A stretch of DNA of 64,000 bases from Anthoceros angustus. Lineage: Eukaryota; Plantae; Anthocerotophyta. The number at the start of each line of letters is the position of its first letter. Position 1 is the stretch's first letter. The translations under genes and the position numbers were made by a program. Of the stretch, positions 60,196-64,000 are shown piece after piece. The stretch covers positions 1-64,000 of the forward strand of contig VJWM01000187.1 of NCBI GenBank assembly GCA_010909165.1. Direction: 5' to 3'. A model generated the notes under the pieces. That model was not told the origin of the DNA. It did no database searches and worked only from the letters and a program-made list of their open reading frames with translations.

Positions 60196-63100
60196 ATGAC
60201 GATGGGAAGTTTGCGCCAGATGCTGAGATTTGTCTCACCGGAGGAGTGTCAGTGTAGGTTTTCACTTCCGTCTGACCTGACTTGTCAGACAAGGAGAATC
60301 ACAATGGGCGCCAGTGCAGCTGATAAAGATGCTTCTTGTCGCCTGTGCAGCATTGCAGGACATCTGTGAATACAACGACATCTCCGAGGAGCAACTGGTG
60401 TCTGCTCCGGAGAAGATTCACTCCATAGAAATGTTCATGCACAATCTCCCGCGCATCTGCTGCATGTCCTTCTTCCCCAACCTGGTGTCGCTGTCCCTGA
60501 TCCAGCAGGGCATAGCCTGCATTGAGGGTCTGTACTGCTGCCAATCCTTGGAGATTCTCCGTCTCAGTGAGAACAAGATTCAACGGTACCACACCTCAAG
60601 CCCTGCATGCGTGTTGCAGCCAGCCGGCACTTGAGGACTGGACTGGAGAGGGCAACCTAATCTTCTCGTCATCCTTTGCATTGCAGAATCGAAGGTCTCC
60701 AAAGCTGTCTTAAGCTCAAGGAGTTGTACCTGCACAGCAACCGGATCACTCATATCAAGAACTTAAGCCAGCTTGTTGATCTCCAAGTTCTTTGGCTGGC
60801 CAATAATGAGATAAGCTGGGTGGAAGGAATGGAGTCCCTCGTCAACCTGAAGGAGCTCAGTCTGGCTCGGAACCCCATTGGCCAGCTTGGTCAAATCCTC
60901 GAAATGAAGTCGCTGGAGTGCTTGAATGTCGCTGCTACCAACATGGGGTCCTTTAAGGTTTGACGCTGGAGCGACATGTTGTGCATTTGTTGGGGTTGGA
61001 ACTTTGGCTGCCTTGTAATTATACCGTCTGCATTGCAGGAAATTGGACACTTGACGAGGCTGAAAAACTTGAAAGAACTTCGCTTTTCTGATCCTCACTG
61101 GGGTGATAGCCCGCTCTCTCTTCTTCACAACTACCAGGTATCTTCAAGAGGCCTCTTTCGTACACTTAAGGTTTCTACAACCGAAACAACCCACTGAAAG
61201 AATGTGAACAAGACACGAACCGTGAAAATTAACCAGACGTGCATCGGCGCAGACCTATGTATTGTTCCGGCTCAGGCAGCTGCAGAAGCTTGACACTTTA
61301 GGTCTGACTGACGAAGCCAAGCAGGCAGCCAAGGCCATCTACACGCGAAAGCGGGTTTACTATAATATGTGCATCAAATCACTTCAGCATAGCAGAAACA
61401 ACGCTGTGGCAAACGTTGTGAAAGCAGAATCCAAGAGAATCAGGAGCATCCAGAAGTAAGTGAACCGCTCCTGTTCCAGCACACTGCTTCAATGCTACTC
61501 TGTCAACTAAGTGAGCGCCCGGCTGCAAACAGAACTCTTGCGAAGCTCACAAAGACCTTGAGGGATTTGGAAAAGGAAATGTACGAAGCTATTAAGGCTG
61601 AACTTGCCCCAAAGGTGACCAAGAAACAAGAGGCGGCGCCCAAGGCGGAATGGTGGGAGCAGGCTTTTGCAAAAGCCACCACACTCGACAAACAGATCCA
61701 GCATCTCATGGGGAGGCTTGACTACTTGGTTGAGGATATGCAGATGACCAAAGCGAAAGAACAGGCTGCAGTCGACCTGAATATTCATTGGCTCATGATG
61801 GAGCTTGACACTGGTTTGGTCTAATCCCCGTACCTGTTATGCATGTGTCACACCTTCTTTGGTCGTAGCGCATGATGAGCTCATATTTTCCAATGTGATA
61901 TCACCTTTCAGGTGGTAATATTCGGATGGAAGTTGGGAAGCCAAAGGATCCCTGGTTTAAGAATTGTGAAGAGCTTGTAGTTTCTCGTTTTCTGGCATCA
62001 GATTTCGCACCGTATGGAATAGTGGGCGTCAGTGTAGTGAAGGTCACTCGGATACACAACCGTTTCCTCCAAGATCGACTGACCAGAACGTTTGAAAATG
62101 TGAGTCGCATGACCCTTATTTTCTGTGGACAGGACAATTGAGGAATTTCAATGTCAGCACTTGCACAGATTGCTGATTAGAACTGGTTTTCCTCGATCAG
62201 ATGCGACCGACCAAAAGAGTCACAGAGCATCTGTTGTACGGGGAGAGCCTACAGGCCCCTGATGAAATTCAGTGGATTATTGAAGAAGGCTTTCCGTTTC
62301 AACCAGATAACCTTTGTCCCAGAGCTTCAGAGAGTGCTGTGTCGTTGTCCAACTCAATTGGTCTTGCAGACATTCACCGTTTGAAGGTACTCCTATGTTG
62401 CTCGTACTCATGAACGGGTCAAGCTTCGTTAACATGGTCACAGACTTTGGGCACCGGTGTGTGCTTATTGTTTACCTTTTCTTGTCTCGTCATGACTGTT
62501 TTTTTTGTTCAGCGCTCTGGTGCCTTCCTCGTTTGCAGGCACTCCCAAAACAGTTTCAGCAAACAACATTTTGGAAATCAAGAGCTACAGGCTGGCTGTT
62601 GGTTGTCAAGGCTTGTCTGGGCACATCCATACAGGATTTAAATGGTCAGTGCCCCTTCTCTACAAATCGAACCTACTGATAAGTTGCCCGCTGCTTTCCA
62701 GGATAAAAATGGAGGACCACTCTAATGCTGCTATCAGCTTTGATGATTGCCTCGTTTTATGTGCTGTAGATTCCGCTACAGTAAAGAAGGCAGCATTTCC
62801 AAGTGCAGATTCTGTATACAGGCTCCATCCCAGGGATTCCAAGCAGAAATCTTGGTTCGTATTTGACTCAACAGTCCTAGTCCCGGAGTACCTCGTTGAG
62901 TTCATGTATGAATTCGGGACTGATGTCCGAGAGCCTCAGAAGTCCGCACGACCATCAGAGACAGAAATAGATCTTTTCATCTCAGAGCGCAGCAGATGGC
63001 CTGAACAGGAGTCTCAGAGTCTGTCTGAGCAACCTCCTTTCGATAGTCTCCTTACCATTCCTCAAGCTAATCCTTCAGACTTCCGGTCATGGGTTGTTGA

Positions 63101-64000
63101 AACATGCACATCGCAAGGGCGAGATGAGAAGGGAGTACTACTCAAGGATGAGTACATCATGCGGAGAAACTTTGTCAAGGATATCTCCAAAATAACTCAT
63201 CTCAACTTGCACGGCGGCAGTATCATGGGTATCGAGTCTCTGAGGACCCTGACAAGCTTAAGAGTGCTAGTCTTGTCATTCAACAAGATAACCAAGATTC
63301 ATGGGCTTGAACAGCTACATTGCCTTCAAAGGTTAGACGTCAGTTTTAACCTCTTGAAGCGCATCGATGGTTTGAGTGGGCAAAGCAACCTGGAAGTGCT
63401 CGACCTCACAGGAAACGAAATTTGGAATCCGGATGATCTTGCAGTTCTGCAAGGGCAGGTAGTGGTTCTTTCTACTGGTTCCTCCCACACCATGTGTTTT
63501 GTGAAACGCCACATCTCATCGTATAACCCGTGCGCCTTGGTGTCCATCCAGTCTCTGTTCAGAGAGCAGCAGAAGCCTATCTGACCCCGATGTGGCTCCA
63601 GGTGCCCCGACTCGTGAACCTCAACTTGAGGTGTAATCCTTTGGTCGAGGAGTTTGGATATCGCACAATGGTATCGAAAGCTGTACCCTCGCTCAAGACA
63701 TTGGACTGCATCCCTGTCACACCTGGTAATACTAATTTTTCATGATGTTCTGTTTCTGTGGCATGATATAGTGAAGTGCTAGGCATGCATGCCCGCTGTC
63801 TTAACCGCAAAAGCAAGTCATCCAATAGTACTTTGATCTCAGAGACACAGGCTCTCAGCCAAAGCCCTTGAAGTTGTAAGTATAAGAACTGAGGCAACAA
63901 CCTTCCATTGGCTTGGGTGGTCCTTGAGCTGCCACTCTTCAATGCACAAGTGCTAGCTGTGGCCATATCGAGATGTGTGATAGCTTGATGACCAGGTAAG
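60196..64000 (+). CDS. LRRC9: Leucine-rich repeat-containing protein 9 (SDS22-type LRRs, ART/PARP-like middle domain), multi-exon, 3'-truncated; start uncertain
   Basis: LQDICEYNDIS...IEMFMHNLPRI..MSFFPNLVSL, IEGLQSCLKLKELYLHSNRI, KRVYYNMCIK, GNIRMEVGKPKDPWFKNCEELVVSRF, RIHNRFL, QKSWFVFDSTVLVPEYLVEF, then a second LRR block LRVLVLSFNKITKIHGL. Confidence 0.88.

Overview
Eukaryotic nuclear DNA from a non-flowering land plant with a compact genome. Short (~80-350 nt) introns, plant gene families and the cilia-associated gene LRRC9 point to a flagellate-sperm lineage; hornwort-like is my inference. Bases 1-11 kb are a transposon graveyard: two inverted, related pol-less LTR-like elements with a coiled-coil ORF, a CACTA terminus, a 98-bp satellite and a possible Sola-type transposase relic. 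Bases 12-64 kb are gene-dense: PP2C, mitochondrial-type ribosomal protein bTHX/S31, CBP60, an intronless HSPA12-like pseudo-ATPase/coiled-coil/RING gene, SURF2, a WDR7-like WD40 protein, a USP-like-domain cytoplasmic kinase and LRRC9 (truncated by the window end). Two things stand out. First, a reconstructable ~728-aa Hsp70(HSPA12)-fold, catalytically degenerate protein is fused to a C3HC4 RING, a candidate chaperone-fold E3 ligase. Second, three insertions (26936-28076, 32770-36485, 50158-55704) are patchworks of local sequence joined at 3-12 nt microhomologies. These are either serial template switching or, more likely given shared homopolymer contractions, assembly/read artefacts. Most ORFs in the supplied track are spurious GC-rich or antisense frames. 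Gene coordinates below span first to last coding exon, introns included.
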